In this document: one piece after another, positions 30,246 to 46,422 of the stretch
Numbering within the stretch: the first letter of the stretch is position 1
How the letters are laid out: each line of letters begins with the position of its first letter
Assembly (NCBI GenBank): GCA_049997855.1
Contig: JBEKSG010000001.1
Span: forward strand, 1-56,058
DNA length: 56,058 bases
Source of the DNA: Minisyncoccia bacterium
GTDB lineage: Bacteria; Patescibacteriota; Minisyncoccia; Phycocordibacterales; SBAW01
Reading direction: 5' to 3'
Position numbers and translations under genes: made by a program
Notes under the pieces: model-generated
Seen by the model: only the letters and a program-made list of their open reading frames with translations
What the model was told of the DNA's origin: nothing
The model's database searches: none

Positions 30246-31172
30246 ATGGCAAACAGGCACCTTTCAAGGTCGGTAGTGTTGCAGACGCTCTTCGAGTGGG
30301 ACTTTCGCACTGTCAATAATGAACTTGGCAAAAGTGGTAATGCGATGGATATACTCGAGCGCAACGCCGAGGAGTTTGCGCCTGCGGCGGGCGATACGCC
30401 TTTTATGCAGGACTTGCTCAAGGGCACGATTGCCCGCAAAAGCGACTTAGACTTGGTGATTAGCAAGGCCGCACCCGAGTGGCCGCTTGAGCGCATCGCG
30501 CCGGTAGACCGGAATGTTTTGCGGCTCGGGCTCTACGAGCTCCTCTTTGCCGATAGGGAAAAGGTCCCGGCAAAAGTTGCCATCAACGAAGCGATAGAGC
30601 TTGCCAAAAGTTTTGGCGGCGAAAACAGCGGGCGGTTTGTCAACGGCGTGTTAGGCACGGTGTACAAAGAGCTCGGCGAGCCCGGCAAAGACGAAGTTTC
30701 AAAAAAGAAAAAAGAGGTTCCGTACGCTGAGATGCCCATCGAGCGCCTCGGCGGCGCAGTGGTGTATGCCAAACACGGCGGCGAGATATATCTTGCACTC
30801 GTGCACGACATCTTTGGCCACTGGACGCTCTCCAAAGGCAAAATCGGCGACAAGCCGGAGTTTGCACACGAGACGGTTGAGGAGGGAACCATCCGCGAGA
30901 TAAAAGAGGAGATGAATCTCGATATTGTTCTTAAAGAAAAGGTCGGCGACAATGAGTATATCGCATCCGATCCGGAGACTGGCAAAAAGCGCAAGCAAGT
31001 GGCATACTTTCTGGCCGAGTCGCCGTATGCCGATATCACCCTCAAGCAAACCGGCGGCCTCGACGACGCGCGGTGGTTTAGGCTTAAAGACGCGCTCGAA
31101 CTCAATCTGTACGAAGATGTGCTGCCCATTATTACCAAAGCAATGCAAAAGTTGGATGCAAAAAAATTTTAA
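30246..31172 (+). CDS. nusB: NusB fused to C-terminal NUDIX hydrolase domain
   Basis: RHLSRSVVLQTLFE, VDRNVLRLGLYEL, VAINEAIELAKSFG..SGRFVNGVLG; then GHWTLSKGK...EEGTIREIKEEMN. Confidence 0.92.
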   Translation: MANRHLSRSVVLQTLFEWDFRTVNNELGKSGNAMDILERNAEEFAPAAGDTPFMQDLLKGTIARKSDLDLVISKAAPEWPLERIAPVDRNVLRLGLYELLFADREKVPAKVAINEAIELAKSFGGENSGRFVNGVLGTVYKELGEPGKDEVSKKKKEVPYAEMPIERLGGAVVYAKHGGEIYLALVHDIFGHWTLSKGKIGDKPEFAHETVEEGTIREIKEEMNLDIVLKEKVGDNEYIASDPETGKKRKQVAYFLAESPYADITLKQTGGLDDARWFRLKDALELNLYEDVLPIITKAMQKLDAKKF

Positions 31173-31848
31173 GACGTTTGAAGAGAAGGTAGGTATTACA
31201 TTTAATGACACAGCGCTTTTGCGTCAGGCGTTTACGCATCGCTCGTATGTCAACGAGCATCGCTCCGAAAGCGCCGGCCATAACGAGCGTCTCGAGTTTT
31301 TAGGCGACGCCGTGCTTGAGCTCATTGCGACGCACTATTTGTACGAAAAGTTTTCTCACAAAGATGAGGGCGAGCTCACCGCGTATCGCGCGGCGCTCGT
31401 TAACGCCACCACGTGCGCGGAGATCGGGAACGAGCTGGGCATTAACGAGTATCTTCTCCTCTCGCGCGGAGAAGCCAAAGACACCGGCCGCGCGCGCGGC
31501 GTGCTGCTTGCTAACGCGTTTGAGGCACTCATCGGCGCTATTTATCTCGACCAAGGATATGACGCCGCGCGCGCGTTTATCGAGGCGCACCTTTTTCCAA
31601 AAATAGACGGCATCGTGCAAAACCGCCTCTGGCAGGATGCCAAGTCGGCCCTGCAAGAAAAGTCGCAGGAAACGGAGGGTGTTACGCCGTACTACGAGGT
31701 TATAAAAGAGACAGGCCCCGACCACGACAAGCAGTTTATCGTGGGCGTATATATACAAGACGCGCTTATTGCCGAAGGCATAGGCAAGAGCAAGCAAGAA
31801 GCCGAGCAGAGCGCAGCTAGAGCCGCGCTCGACAAAAAGGGATGGTAA
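31156..31848 (+). CDS. rnc: ribonuclease III
   Basis: AFTHRSY, HNERLEFLGDAVL, ANAFEALIGAIYLDQG, dsRBD GPDHDKQF..GKSKQEAEQ. Confidence 0.96.
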   Translation: MQKNFKTFEEKVGITFNDTALLRQAFTHRSYVNEHRSESAGHNERLEFLGDAVLELIATHYLYEKFSHKDEGELTAYRAALVNATTCAEIGNELGINEYLLLSRGEAKDTGRARGVLLANAFEALIGAIYLDQGYDAARAFIEAHLFPKIDGIVQNRLWQDAKSALQEKSQETEGVTPYYEVIKETGPDHDKQFIVGVYIQDALIAEGIGKSKQEAEQSAARAALDKKGW

Positions 31849-31863
31849 GACTATAGTAGACGC

Positions 31864-32223
31864 ATGCGAAATGAGGGAGAAAAAATTGATACCATAGAAA
31901 AACTCGCGGTAGAAATGCGAGATGGTTTTACGCGTAGTGATCAGAAAATAGAAAAGCTTGCCACAGAGATGCGCAAGAGTTTTAAACGCGAAGATGAAAA
32001 GATAGACCATATTGAAGAAGTGGTTGATGCCCTTGCCAGGGCTGTCAAAGAGGGATTTGATCTCACTGCCACCAAAGTGGAAATGGCCAAAGGTTTTGAG
32101 GGAGTTGATTCCAGATTAGAGGGTGTCAATCGCCGAATTGATGACGAAGTTGACCAGCGCATCGAGCTTGGCCTCCGAGTCGAAAAAGTCGAAGCGAAAG
32201 TGTTTCCTGAGCTCAAGCGATAA
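31864..32223 (+). CDS. hypothetical coiled-coil protein
   Basis: internal repeat IEKLA.EMR, heptad pattern; TATAGT 6 nt before ATG. Confidence 0.7.
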   Translation: MRNEGEKIDTIEKLAVEMRDGFTRSDQKIEKLATEMRKSFKREDEKIDHIEEVVDALARAVKEGFDLTATKVEMAKGFEGVDSRLEGVNRRIDDEVDQRIELGLRVEKVEAKVFPELKR

Positions 32224-32243
32224 TCGATATATAATAGGAAGCA

Positions 32244-34481
32244 ATGCGTTTGAAGAGCATCGAACTTTCGGGGTTTAAGTCTTTTTCAAAAAAGACCTCG
32301 CTTGAATTTGGCTCGGCTATTACTGCGGTGGTGGGCCCCAACGGCTCGGGCAAGAGCAACATTGCCGAGAGCTTCCGCTTTGTATTGGGCGAGCAATCGA
32401 TGAAGTCGATGCGCGGCAAGCGCGGTGAAGATTTGATATGGAACGGTTCGACAAGCTCACCACGCGCGGGTCGCGCGTCGGTAAAACTTATTTTTGACAA
32501 TAGCGATAGGGCCCTGCCTGCGCAGGCAGGACTCGCGCTCGACTTTGACGAGGTGGCAATCGAGCGCGTGGTGTACCGCGACGGCGCCAACGATTATTTG
32601 CTCAATGGCTCTACGGTGCGCCTGCGCGACATTGCGGAGCTCCTCAGCCAAGCCAACATCGGCGCCTCGGGGCACCATATTATCTCCCAAGGCGAGGCCG
32701 ACCGCGTGCTTACCGCAAGCATCAAAGAGCGCCGCGAGATGATAGAAGATGCGCTCGGCCTCACGGCATTTTTGTACAAGCGTGAGGAAGCCGAGCGCAA
32801 AATGGAAAAGACCGCCGAGAACGTACGCGAGGTCGAGAGTCTGCGGCGCGAGCTTGCGCCGCACGTGAAGTTTTTGACCGCGCAGGTTAAAAAAATCGAA
32901 GAGGGCTCGCGCCTGCAAAACGAGGTCGCCCTGCGCTATGCCGAATATTTAAAACGCGAGAGCGTTTTTATTCATGTTGAAGAGGAGGACATTAGAGCCG
33001 TTGAAGAAGGACCCAAACGTGAGCACGCGCAATTGGAAGCGGCGATTTTACATTTACGCCACGAGCTTAACCAAAAGCACGGCGAAGAAGAGCCGGTGCG
33101 CGAGCTCATGAGGCTTGAGCAGGAAGGTCGCACGCTTCGCGGCAAGCGCGAGGAGATATCGCGCGAGCTTGGCCGCATCGAGGGAGAGCTTGCGGCATCG
33201 GCGCGCATCACACAGTCGCTTAGTGGCACCGTGCCCGCCGCGCAGGCCGAGGAATTTGCCACTAGGGTGTTAAATGAATTGAATGAGGCACTTACTTTGA
33301 GCGAAGTTGAGAGGCTCAAAGCAAAACTCAATGCGCTGATGGTGTTTGCTACCGAGTTTATGCGTCGGCTCAGGGGCCTACATCAAGACGTAGGCATAGG
33401 TGTGCCCTTACTTGCGACCAACAAAGCAGAGTTTGAACGCGAGTTAAGTGATTTGAATAAAGAGGAAGAGCATGTACGTGCGGAGGTTGATACACTGCGC
33501 AAAAAAATCGAAAGTAAAAAGGATGCGTCGCGCGAGGCGGAGCGCGAGCTTTTCCAAGCGATGGCAAAGCGAAGCGAGCTTGAGGTAGCGCTTGCCGGCG
33601 TACGTGTGCGCATCGAGGCCCTCACACGGTTGAAAGAAAATTTTGTCCGCGAGCTCGGCGAGGCCGGAGCGCTCATAGGGCGCAGCGTTTTTGAGTATGC
33701 CAACTATATAGTGCTTGATGCGCATGGGCAAAAACTTTCCGAGCGAGAGATTGCCCACGAGCCGCGTGCGGCCCAGGATGAGCGCCGGCGCAAGCTCGAG
33801 CGCGGCAAGATAAAACTTGAAGAACTCGGCACAGGCAATTCGGCGGAGACGCTCAAAGAGTATAAAGAGACTACCGAACGCGAGCAGTTTTTGGCGCGCG
33901 AACTTTCCGATTTGGAGGCAAGCGCCGCCACATTGCGCGAACTTATAGAGGAACTCACCAAAACGCTCGAAGCGCGCTTTGCCGAAGGCGTTGCAAAAAT
34001 AAACAAAGAGTTCGATGCCTTTTTTAAGCTGATGTTTGGTGGTGGTGACGCCTCGCTTGCGATTGTTGAGGAGCAAGTCTATCGCCGCGGCGGCGGGGAA
34101 ACCGATGATGCCGAAGTAGAGATAGAGAAAGGAATAGAAATTTCCGTCAACATCCCGCACAAACGGGTCAAAGGCGTCCAGGTGCTTAGCGGTGGCGAGC
34201 GCGCGCTTATCTCGATTGCGCTTATTTTTGCGATGAGCCAGGTTAATCCGCCGCCGTTTTTGATACTCGACGAAACCGACGCCGCGCTCGACGAGGCCAA
34301 CTCGCGCCGCTATGGCGATATGATAGAAAATTTGGCAAAAAAATCGCAGCTGATTTTAATAACCCACAACCGCGAAACCATGAGCCACGCGGGCGTACTC
34401 TACGGCATAACTATGGGCTCTGACGGCGTTTCCAAACTCCTCTCGGTAAAATTTGAAGAGGCGTTGGCAGTTGCTAAATAG
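32244..34481 (+). CDS. smc: short SMC-family ATPase (745 aa)
   Basis: GFKSF, GPNGSGKSN, IISQG, LSGGE, PPPFLILDETDAALDEAN, ITH. Confidence 0.9.
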   Translation: MRLKSIELSGFKSFSKKTSLEFGSAITAVVGPNGSGKSNIAESFRFVLGEQSMKSMRGKRGEDLIWNGSTSSPRAGRASVKLIFDNSDRALPAQAGLALDFDEVAIERVVYRDGANDYLLNGSTVRLRDIAELLSQANIGASGHHIISQGEADRVLTASIKERREMIEDALGLTAFLYKREEAERKMEKTAENVREVESLRRELAPHVKFLTAQVKKIEEGSRLQNEVALRYAEYLKRESVFIHVEEEDIRAVEEGPKREHAQLEAAILHLRHELNQKHGEEEPVRELMRLEQEGRTLRGKREEISRELGRIEGELAASARITQSLSGTVPAAQAEEFATRVLNELNEALTLSEVERLKAKLNALMVFATEFMRRLRGLHQDVGIGVPLLATNKAEFERELSDLNKEEEHVRAEVDTLRKKIESKKDASREAERELFQAMAKRSELEVALAGVRVRIEALTRLKENFVRELGEAGALIGRSVFEYANYIVLDAHGQKLSEREIAHEPRAAQDERRRKLERGKIKLEELGTGNSAETLKEYKETTEREQFLARELSDLEASAATLRELIEELTKTLEARFAEGVAKINKEFDAFFKLMFGGGDASLAIVEEQVYRRGGGETDDAEVEIEKGIEISVNIPHKRVKGVQVLSGGERALISIALIFAMSQVNPPPFLILDETDAALDEANSRRYGDMIENLAKKSQLILITHNRETMSHAGVLYGITMGSDGVSKLLSVKFEEALAVAK
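32445..32463 (+). repeat. REP-like hairpin GGTTCGACAAGCTCACCAC, in frame in smc
   Basis: same TTCGAC..GCTCA core as the intergenic copy at 55473-55494. Confidence 0.55.
32513..32530. repeat. 18-bp perfect palindrome CCTGCCTGCGCAGGCAGG, in frame in the smc head domain
   Basis: FDNSDRA-LPAQAG-LALDFDEV. Confidence 0.9.
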
Positions 34482-34528
34482 GTAAAGAGTGCTAGTGTTT
34501 TAGACGGACTGTAAAGGGAGGCCCGACT

Positions 34529-34771
34529 ATGGTGCTCGAAGCCAGTGCAGGAGATTATCGTTTTTTACTCCAAAGAAAGGAGGACGGAACTTTTAAGTGT
34601 TTTCGCACTCCTATTGATTCAAACGGCGATCCGGCCAATGCCGAAGAACTCACCGAGTGGGCTCAATTGCCACCAATGATCTTCCAAGTCTTTACCAAAG
34701 CCGTTGAAAGCTTGCCTCACTCGGGAGCATCTCCTATGAGACAAGCTCAAAGTCCAGCTGCCGCGCATTAA
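34529..34771 (+). CDS. small hypothetical protein (80 aa)
   Basis: SD agggagg; 3' end overlaps the rnr 3' end. Confidence 0.55.
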   Translation: MVLEASAGDYRFLLQRKEDGTFKCFRTPIDSNGDPANAEELTEWAQLPPMIFQVFTKAVESLPHSGASPMRQAQSPAAAH

Positions 34772-36698
34772 GGTCGGCAGCAATCAGCTTGACGCGCACT
34801 CGGTCTCCGAGTGCGTGTTTTTTTTTCGTGCGCCGGCCCACCAGCGCATAGTCTTTAGCCACGTAGTTGTAAAAATCATCACCAATCGTGCGCACACGCA
34901 CGAAACCTTCGGCGGCGCTCTCACGTTCCTCTACATACAAGCCCCAGTCGGTAACGCCGGATATGACCGCGTCGAATATCTGCCCGATTTTAGGGAGCAT
35001 ATACTCAACTTGTTTGTAGCGGATGCTCTCGCGCTCGGCAGCAACCGCCTCAGCCTCCTGCTCGCTCGCGGTGATGCACATCCGCTCCAAGTTGCTCATC
35101 TCTGTACGTGTTATCGGATTACCGCTTAGGTGCGAAGCCAAGATGCGATGCGCGAGCATGTCGGGATAGCGGCGGATAGGCGAGGTAAAATGCGTGTAGT
35201 AGTCAAACGAAAGGCCAAAATGCCCGATGTTTTTGGTCGAGTAAATTGCTTTTGCCATCGAGCGCAGGGTTGCAGTGCGTATCAAATGCTCCTCGGGCTT
35301 GCCTTCGATCTGTTTGAGCAGATGTTGGATGTCTTTGGCGCTCGGCTTTTTTTTGTTGTGGGCAAAGTCGTACCCCATGGCACGCACAAAGGTGGCGAGC
35401 TCGGCAATCTTGTCTTTTTTAGGCTCGTCGTGGATGCGGTAGAGAAAGGTGTACTTTTTTTCGGGCACGCGCTCGGCGAGCTTTGATACGAATAAAGAGA
35501 CCTCGCGATTGGCGAGGAGCATAAACTCTTCAATAAGCAGGTTTGTCTCAATGCGCTCCTTGCGCATCACTTGTATAGGCACTCCTTTTTCGTCCAATAT
35601 AAAACGCACCTCGTTGTCGCCAAAATCGATGGCGCCCTTACGTTCGCGCTCGCGGCGTAAAACGCGAGCGAGCGAGCGCAATATAAGAAGTTCGCGGATG
35701 TATTCTCCTTTTTCTTTGTCTAAGATCTCCTGTGCTTCTTCATACGTAAAACGTTTATTGGAGCGGATAACTGTTTTTGCAAATTTCCGGTCGAGCACGT
35801 TGCCTTTTGCATCGATGCGGAAGATTACCGAAAATGCGAGCCGACCCTCAGCTTCCTTGAGCGAGCACACGTTGCCGGAGAGTTGGTGGGGAAGCATCGG
35901 TATTGTTGCGTCTACCAAATACACGCTCGTGCCGCGCTTCTCAGCTTCGTTGTCTATCGCGGTGCCCGGCACGCAAAAGTAGGTTGCGTCGGCGATATGC
36001 ACACCAATTTCATACTTGCCATTTGCAAGCTCCTCAACCGAGAGTGCGTCGTCAAAGTCTTTAGCGTCGGCCGGGTCGATAGTAAACGTCACGCTGTCGC
36101 GATAGTCCAAACGCTTTGGTATTTCGCTTGCGATGGTTGCCACATGAGTGTCTTCAATTTTTTTCGCCTCGGCCTCCACCGTGGCGGGGAAAGTGGTCGA
36201 GAAACCGTGCTCAAGCACGATGGCGTTCATCTCGGTGCGATGTTCTCCCGCTTTGCCGAGATGGTTTACGATAGTGCCCACCGGCTCCTTGCCGGCGTCA
36301 AACGATATAAGTTTGACCACCACCTTCTCGCCCTCGGCATATACATTGCCGCCTTGCAAAGTTAACGGGCGATAAAACCGTTGATCATCCGCTACGGCTA
36401 TGAGCTTACCCTGAGCACGCCCCAGAGTTGCAACAAACTCCTCTTTGGCGCGCGAAATTATTTTTATTACTTTGCCTTTAGGACGAGGAAAGAGTCCGAT
36501 CAGTTCTATCTCCGCCGTGTCGCCGTTAAGCGCGCCCGCGAGGTTTGATGTGTTTATCTCGATATCCTCAAGCTCTTTTTTATCCCCCCAAGCGAGCGGA
36601 AAGGGCACATACCCTACGCCTTTGCGCGTTATTTGGACAATGCCGGTTATGTGCTTTTTAGCGGTCTCTTTGCGGCCCGCACGATTTCCCCAAGGCAT
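34734..36698 (-). CDS. rnr: ribonuclease R (RNB family)
   Basis: FTIDPADAKDFDDALS, VHIAD, RGTSVYL, LIEEFMLLAN, HFGL..YTHFTSPIRRYPD, C-terminal S1. Confidence 0.94.
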   Translation of the reverse strand: MPWGNRAGRKETAKKHITGIVQITRKGVGYVPFPLAWGDKKELEDIEINTSNLAGALNGDTAEIELIGLFPRPKGKVIKIISRAKEEFVATLGRAQGKLIAVADDQRFYRPLTLQGGNVYAEGEKVVVKLISFDAGKEPVGTIVNHLGKAGEHRTEMNAIVLEHGFSTTFPATVEAEAKKIEDTHVATIASEIPKRLDYRDSVTFTIDPADAKDFDDALSVEELANGKYEIGVHIADATYFCVPGTAIDNEAEKRGTSVYLVDATIPMLPHQLSGNVCSLKEAEGRLAFSVIFRIDAKGNVLDRKFAKTVIRSNKRFTYEEAQEILDKEKGEYIRELLILRSLARVLRRERERKGAIDFGDNEVRFILDEKGVPIQVMRKERIETNLLIEEFMLLANREVSLFVSKLAERVPEKKYTFLYRIHDEPKKDKIAELATFVRAMGYDFAHNKKKPSAKDIQHLLKQIEGKPEEHLIRTATLRSMAKAIYSTKNIGHFGLSFDYYTHFTSPIRRYPDMLAHRILASHLSGNPITRTEMSNLERMCITASEQEAEAVAAERESIRYKQVEYMLPKIGQIFDAVISGVTDWGLYVEERESAAEGFVRVRTIGDDFYNYVAKDYALVGRRTKKKHALGDRVRVKLIAADLNARQLDFELVS

Positions 36699-36785
36699 TA
36701 GTGGGCTCACTATAGCGCATTTATTGACTTATAGCCAGCTTCTGATACAGTATTCACACGCCCCTGTAGGGGTCATTTTTAAGAA

Positions 36786-37133
36786 ATGATTACTATCCGC
36801 CTTACACGCGTTGGCAAAAAAAACGACCCGAGCTTTCGGGTTATTGTCGTTGAGAGCAAGCGCAAGCCGCAGCCCGGCAACTATCTCGAGATGGTGGGCT
36901 CGTACGACGCCCGCACCGGCCGCATCGACCTTAAAACCGATCGCATCAAGCACTGGATTGACATGGGCGCGCAGGTTTCGGACACCGTGCACAACCTCCT
37001 CGTGTCCAGCAAAGTTATAGATGCAAAAAAGATAAACGTGCTTTCAAAGAAAACGGTTGTTAAGACGGAAAAGCTGGCAACAAAAACTCCAGCTGAGGAT
37101 AACGTAGTTGCATCAGAGCCCGTTGCGGAATAG
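36786..37133 (+). CDS. rpsP: 30S ribosomal protein S16
   Basis: IRLTRVGKKNDPSFRVIV..GSYD..W..GAQVSDTV. Confidence 0.96.
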   Translation: MITIRLTRVGKKNDPSFRVIVVESKRKPQPGNYLEMVGSYDARTGRIDLKTDRIKHWIDMGAQVSDTVHNLLVSSKVIDAKKINVLSKKTVVKTEKLATKTPAEDNVVASEPVAE

Positions 37134-37169
37134 ACTAAAAGTAGGTTTTAACAATATAAATATACCGAA

Positions 37170-37550
37170 ATGGCAGAAAAAGATCAGGAATTTTTAGAGT
37201 TCGTGGTTAAAGGCTTGGTGGAGCATCCGGAAGACGTAAAGATTGGCCGCGTGGTCGACGAGATGGGAGTTTTGCTTACACTCGACCTCAACGGTGACGA
37301 CATGGGCAAGGTCATTGGCCGTTCCGGCAATACCGCCAAGGCCATCCGTACGCTTCTTCGTGTCGTGGGAATGAAGCACAACGCGCGCGTCAATCTTAAA
37401 ATAAACGAGCCCGTTGGCGGCTCGCGCGTAGGCGGTGCGTCCGACATGGGCGGCAGCCAGGCGCAAGGTTGGGACGGCACGCACGAGGCTCCGGCGACAC
37501 CGGCAATGAAGTCGATAGACGAAGCCATGGGCGATCTCTCCAATTTTTAG
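37170..37550 (+). CDS. khpA: KH-domain RNA-binding protein KhpA (UPF0109)
   Basis: LVEHPEDV, DMGKVIGRSGNTAKAIRTLL; rpsP-KH-trmD synteny. Confidence 0.9.
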   Translation: MAEKDQEFLEFVVKGLVEHPEDVKIGRVVDEMGVLLTLDLNGDDMGKVIGRSGNTAKAIRTLLRVVGMKHNARVNLKINEPVGGSRVGGASDMGGSQAQGWDGTHEAPATPAMKSIDEAMGDLSNF

Positions 37551-37562
37551 TTTATTTTTAAA

Positions 37563-38258
37563 ATGAGATTCCACGTTATTACCCTTTTTCCCGAGGTTAT
37601 TGATGCTTATGCGCAAGCTTCGATTTTGGGGCGCGCTCAGCGCGAGAAGATTTTGGAAGTTACGAGTTACCAATTGCGCGATTTTGTCGCCGACCCTGGC
37701 CGGGCAGGCAGATGGGCATATAAAAAAGTCGATGAGCGGCCGTATGGCGGCGGCCCGGGGATGATTATCCGGGCCGAGCCGGTAATACGCGCAGTTGGAG
37801 CGATCCAAAAAAAGATTAAAAGCGGCAAAAAAGCAAAAGTTTTAATAACGGCGGCAGGCGGGAAGCCTTTGACCAATGCGTATGCTAAAAACTTGAGCAA
37901 AAAATACGCAGATGTGATTATTATCTGTGGCCGCTATGAGGGGATTGATGCACGTGCCAAAAAAGTTTTGAAAGCCGAGGAGGTGTCGGTCGGCCCCTAC
38001 ATTTTGACCGGCGGCGAAGTGCCGGCGCTTGCGATTATCGATGCCACGGCGCGACAGATACCGGGCGTCCTTGGCAAGCTTGAGTCGCTCGAAGAGGGGC
38101 GGATAGCGAGCCACGAGATGTACACGCGCCCGGAGGTGCTGGTGCACAAAGGCCCTGACGGGCGAAGCAAAACATATCGCGTGCCAAAAGTGTTGCTCTC
38201 AGGCAATCGCAAGCTCCTCGACGCGTGGAAAAACAAAAAACGCAGCAACCCTAAATAA
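37563..38258 (+). CDS. trmD: tRNA (guanine-N1)-methyltransferase
   Basis: ITLFPE, VDERPYGGGPGM, CGRYEGID, SVGPYILTGGE, YTRP, VPKVLLSGN. Confidence 0.96.
   Translation: MRFHVITLFPEVIDAYAQASILGRAQREKILEVTSYQLRDFVADPGRAGRWAYKKVDERPYGGGPGMIIRAEPVIRAVGAIQKKIKSGKKAKVLITAAGGKPLTNAYAKNLSKKYADVIIICGRYEGIDARAKKVLKAEEVSVGPYILTGGEVPALAIIDATARQIPGVLGKLESLEEGRIASHEMYTRPEVLVHKGPDGRSKTYRVPKVLLSGNRKLLDAWKNKKRSNPK
37694..37708 (-). repeat. variant palindromic element (CCTGCCCGGCCAGGG), also at 1051-1068 on +
   Basis: 15-nt reverse-complement identity with cctgcccggccagggagg at 1051; encodes DPGRAG in trmD and LPGQGG in ORF 2..1444. Confidence 0.65.
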
Positions 38259-38372
38259 TGAGAGGTGCATAACCTCTATTGACCAAAAAAGCGTTCTATT
38301 TTAAGCTCTCCTTCAGACCAGTTTTTTGTTGTAGTAGTGCGTAATAAATTGCAAGCAGGGAGAGAAATAGAA

Positions 38373-38618
38373 ATGTGCAAACCGATTCCAGGCAACTTCG
38401 TCCATCTGCGGCATGACGTCAAAGTAACGCCGCATGCAAGTTCTCGCGGTGACTTTCCATCGTGCAAGAAATTTACTCTCAATCCGTTTATGCACGGGAT
38501 GGTCGACGAAGTTCCGGCGGCCGACCCAGATTCGCTCGTCATTGCTTTCCCTTGGGACGGGGGTTCGACGTTGTGCGTCGAGCTGCCCCGCGCCATACTC
38601 AAAGGTGTCGAAGTTTAG
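38373..38618 (+). CDS. small hypothetical protein
   Basis: SD-like agggagag; terminator agccgc/gcggct + T-run at 38619-38647. Confidence 0.5.
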   Translation: MCKPIPGNFVHLRHDVKVTPHASSRGDFPSCKKFTLNPFMHGMVDEVPAADPDSLVIAFPWDGGSTLCVELPRAILKGVEV

Positions 38619-38682
38619 AGCCGCAAGAATTAGCGGCTTTTTTCTTTATATTTAAGGGCTTTTATACTGTTTATAGCCGAGT

Positions 38683-38710
38683 TTGACAGGATGCAGGATT
38701 TGCGTATACT
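38683..38710 (+). promoter_or_regulatory. sigma70 promoter upstream of the rpoBC leader
   Basis: TTGACA-16 nt-TATACT. Confidence 0.75.
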
Positions 38711-38939
38711 GGAGAGCGAAACCAAAAGCGGGGCACGAGTGAGTTTTGAATGCTGGGGTTTCCACAACTTAATAGAGGCCACAGGCCACCTAATCTCAGC
38801 TGGCAGAAAGCTGAGTAGGGGAGCGTTTTACGCGCCCTGATTTTTTGCGTATTAACCGACTAACGTTTTTGATCGGTTGTTAGTAAAGTTCGGCTCTCAT
38901 TATTACGCGTCTATACATAATTTGGCATAAACCCTTCCT

Positions 38940-45785
<6,846 letters not shown>

Positions 45786-45804
45786 AAAATTATAAATAGA
45801 AAAG

Positions 45805-45845
45805 AAAGAACGCCCTCCCGAGCTAGGGGCAGCGTTCTTTGGTTT
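45805..45845. terminator. terminator hairpin after rpoBC
   Basis: aaagaacgc...gcgttcttt. Confidence 0.65.
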
Positions 45846-45868
45846 AACAAGATATGGTTTAACAAAAT

Positions 45869-45903
45869 ATCGGTAGATTTTCGCATACGCGAAATTATAC
45901 CGA
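45869..45903. repeat. 35-bp imperfect palindrome, copy 1 (downstream of PaaX/Cas2-like gene)
   Basis: atcggtagattttcgcatacgcgaaattataccga. Confidence 0.85.
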
Positions 45904-45916
45904 ATTGTTTTCAGAA

Positions 45917-46405
45917 CTACAGGGAAAGTTTAAAGTATTTGTGCAATGCGTCTTCTTCGGATATTTCTTCTGCAACAATAAAAGAAACGCATTTGGATAA
46001 TGCATAAAAGTTTGCAATAGTTTTTACCGTATCTTTAAGCGGATGCGGATATATCCACACGGAGTTTTGATACCGTTTGAGCCCGAGCTCTTTAAGCCGC
46101 AAGCGGAAGGAGTCTCGGCGCTTGCGTTTATCGTTAGGGATATCAAACGCCACCAGATACCATTTGTGGTTCCATTTTTGGGGAGTGGGGATAGTTAAGT
46201 TCCAAATCTTTGCCTCAGATAAAGCGTAACCGCCTTTGGGCGTTAAAGAGGTATGGTGTCCAGTTTGAGTTATATATCCGTATCTTTTTAAATAGGCAAG
46301 TTTGTCACGATACATGGGCTCGGGCATTTTGCCCTCAGCTATGAGGCTTAGGATAGTAAACAATATTTCCTTTCCGGCTCGCGCGCCAGCATGTTTAGAT
46401 GACAT
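45917..46405 (-). CDS. PaaX-like protein (short wHTH + Cas2-like domain)
   Basis: YLKRYGYI...LTPKG (wHTH wing); KWNHKWYLVAFDIP.DKRKRRDSFRLRLKELG..YQNSVWIYP. Confidence 0.8.
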   Translation of the reverse strand: MSSKHAGARAGKEILFTILSLIAEGKMPEPMYRDKLAYLKRYGYITQTGHHTSLTPKGGYALSEAKIWNLTIPTPQKWNHKWYLVAFDIPNDKRKRRDSFRLRLKELGLKRYQNSVWIYPHPLKDTVKTIANFYALSKCVSFIVAEEISEEDALHKYFKLSL

Positions 46406-46422
46406 GGCGAAGACTATACCAA

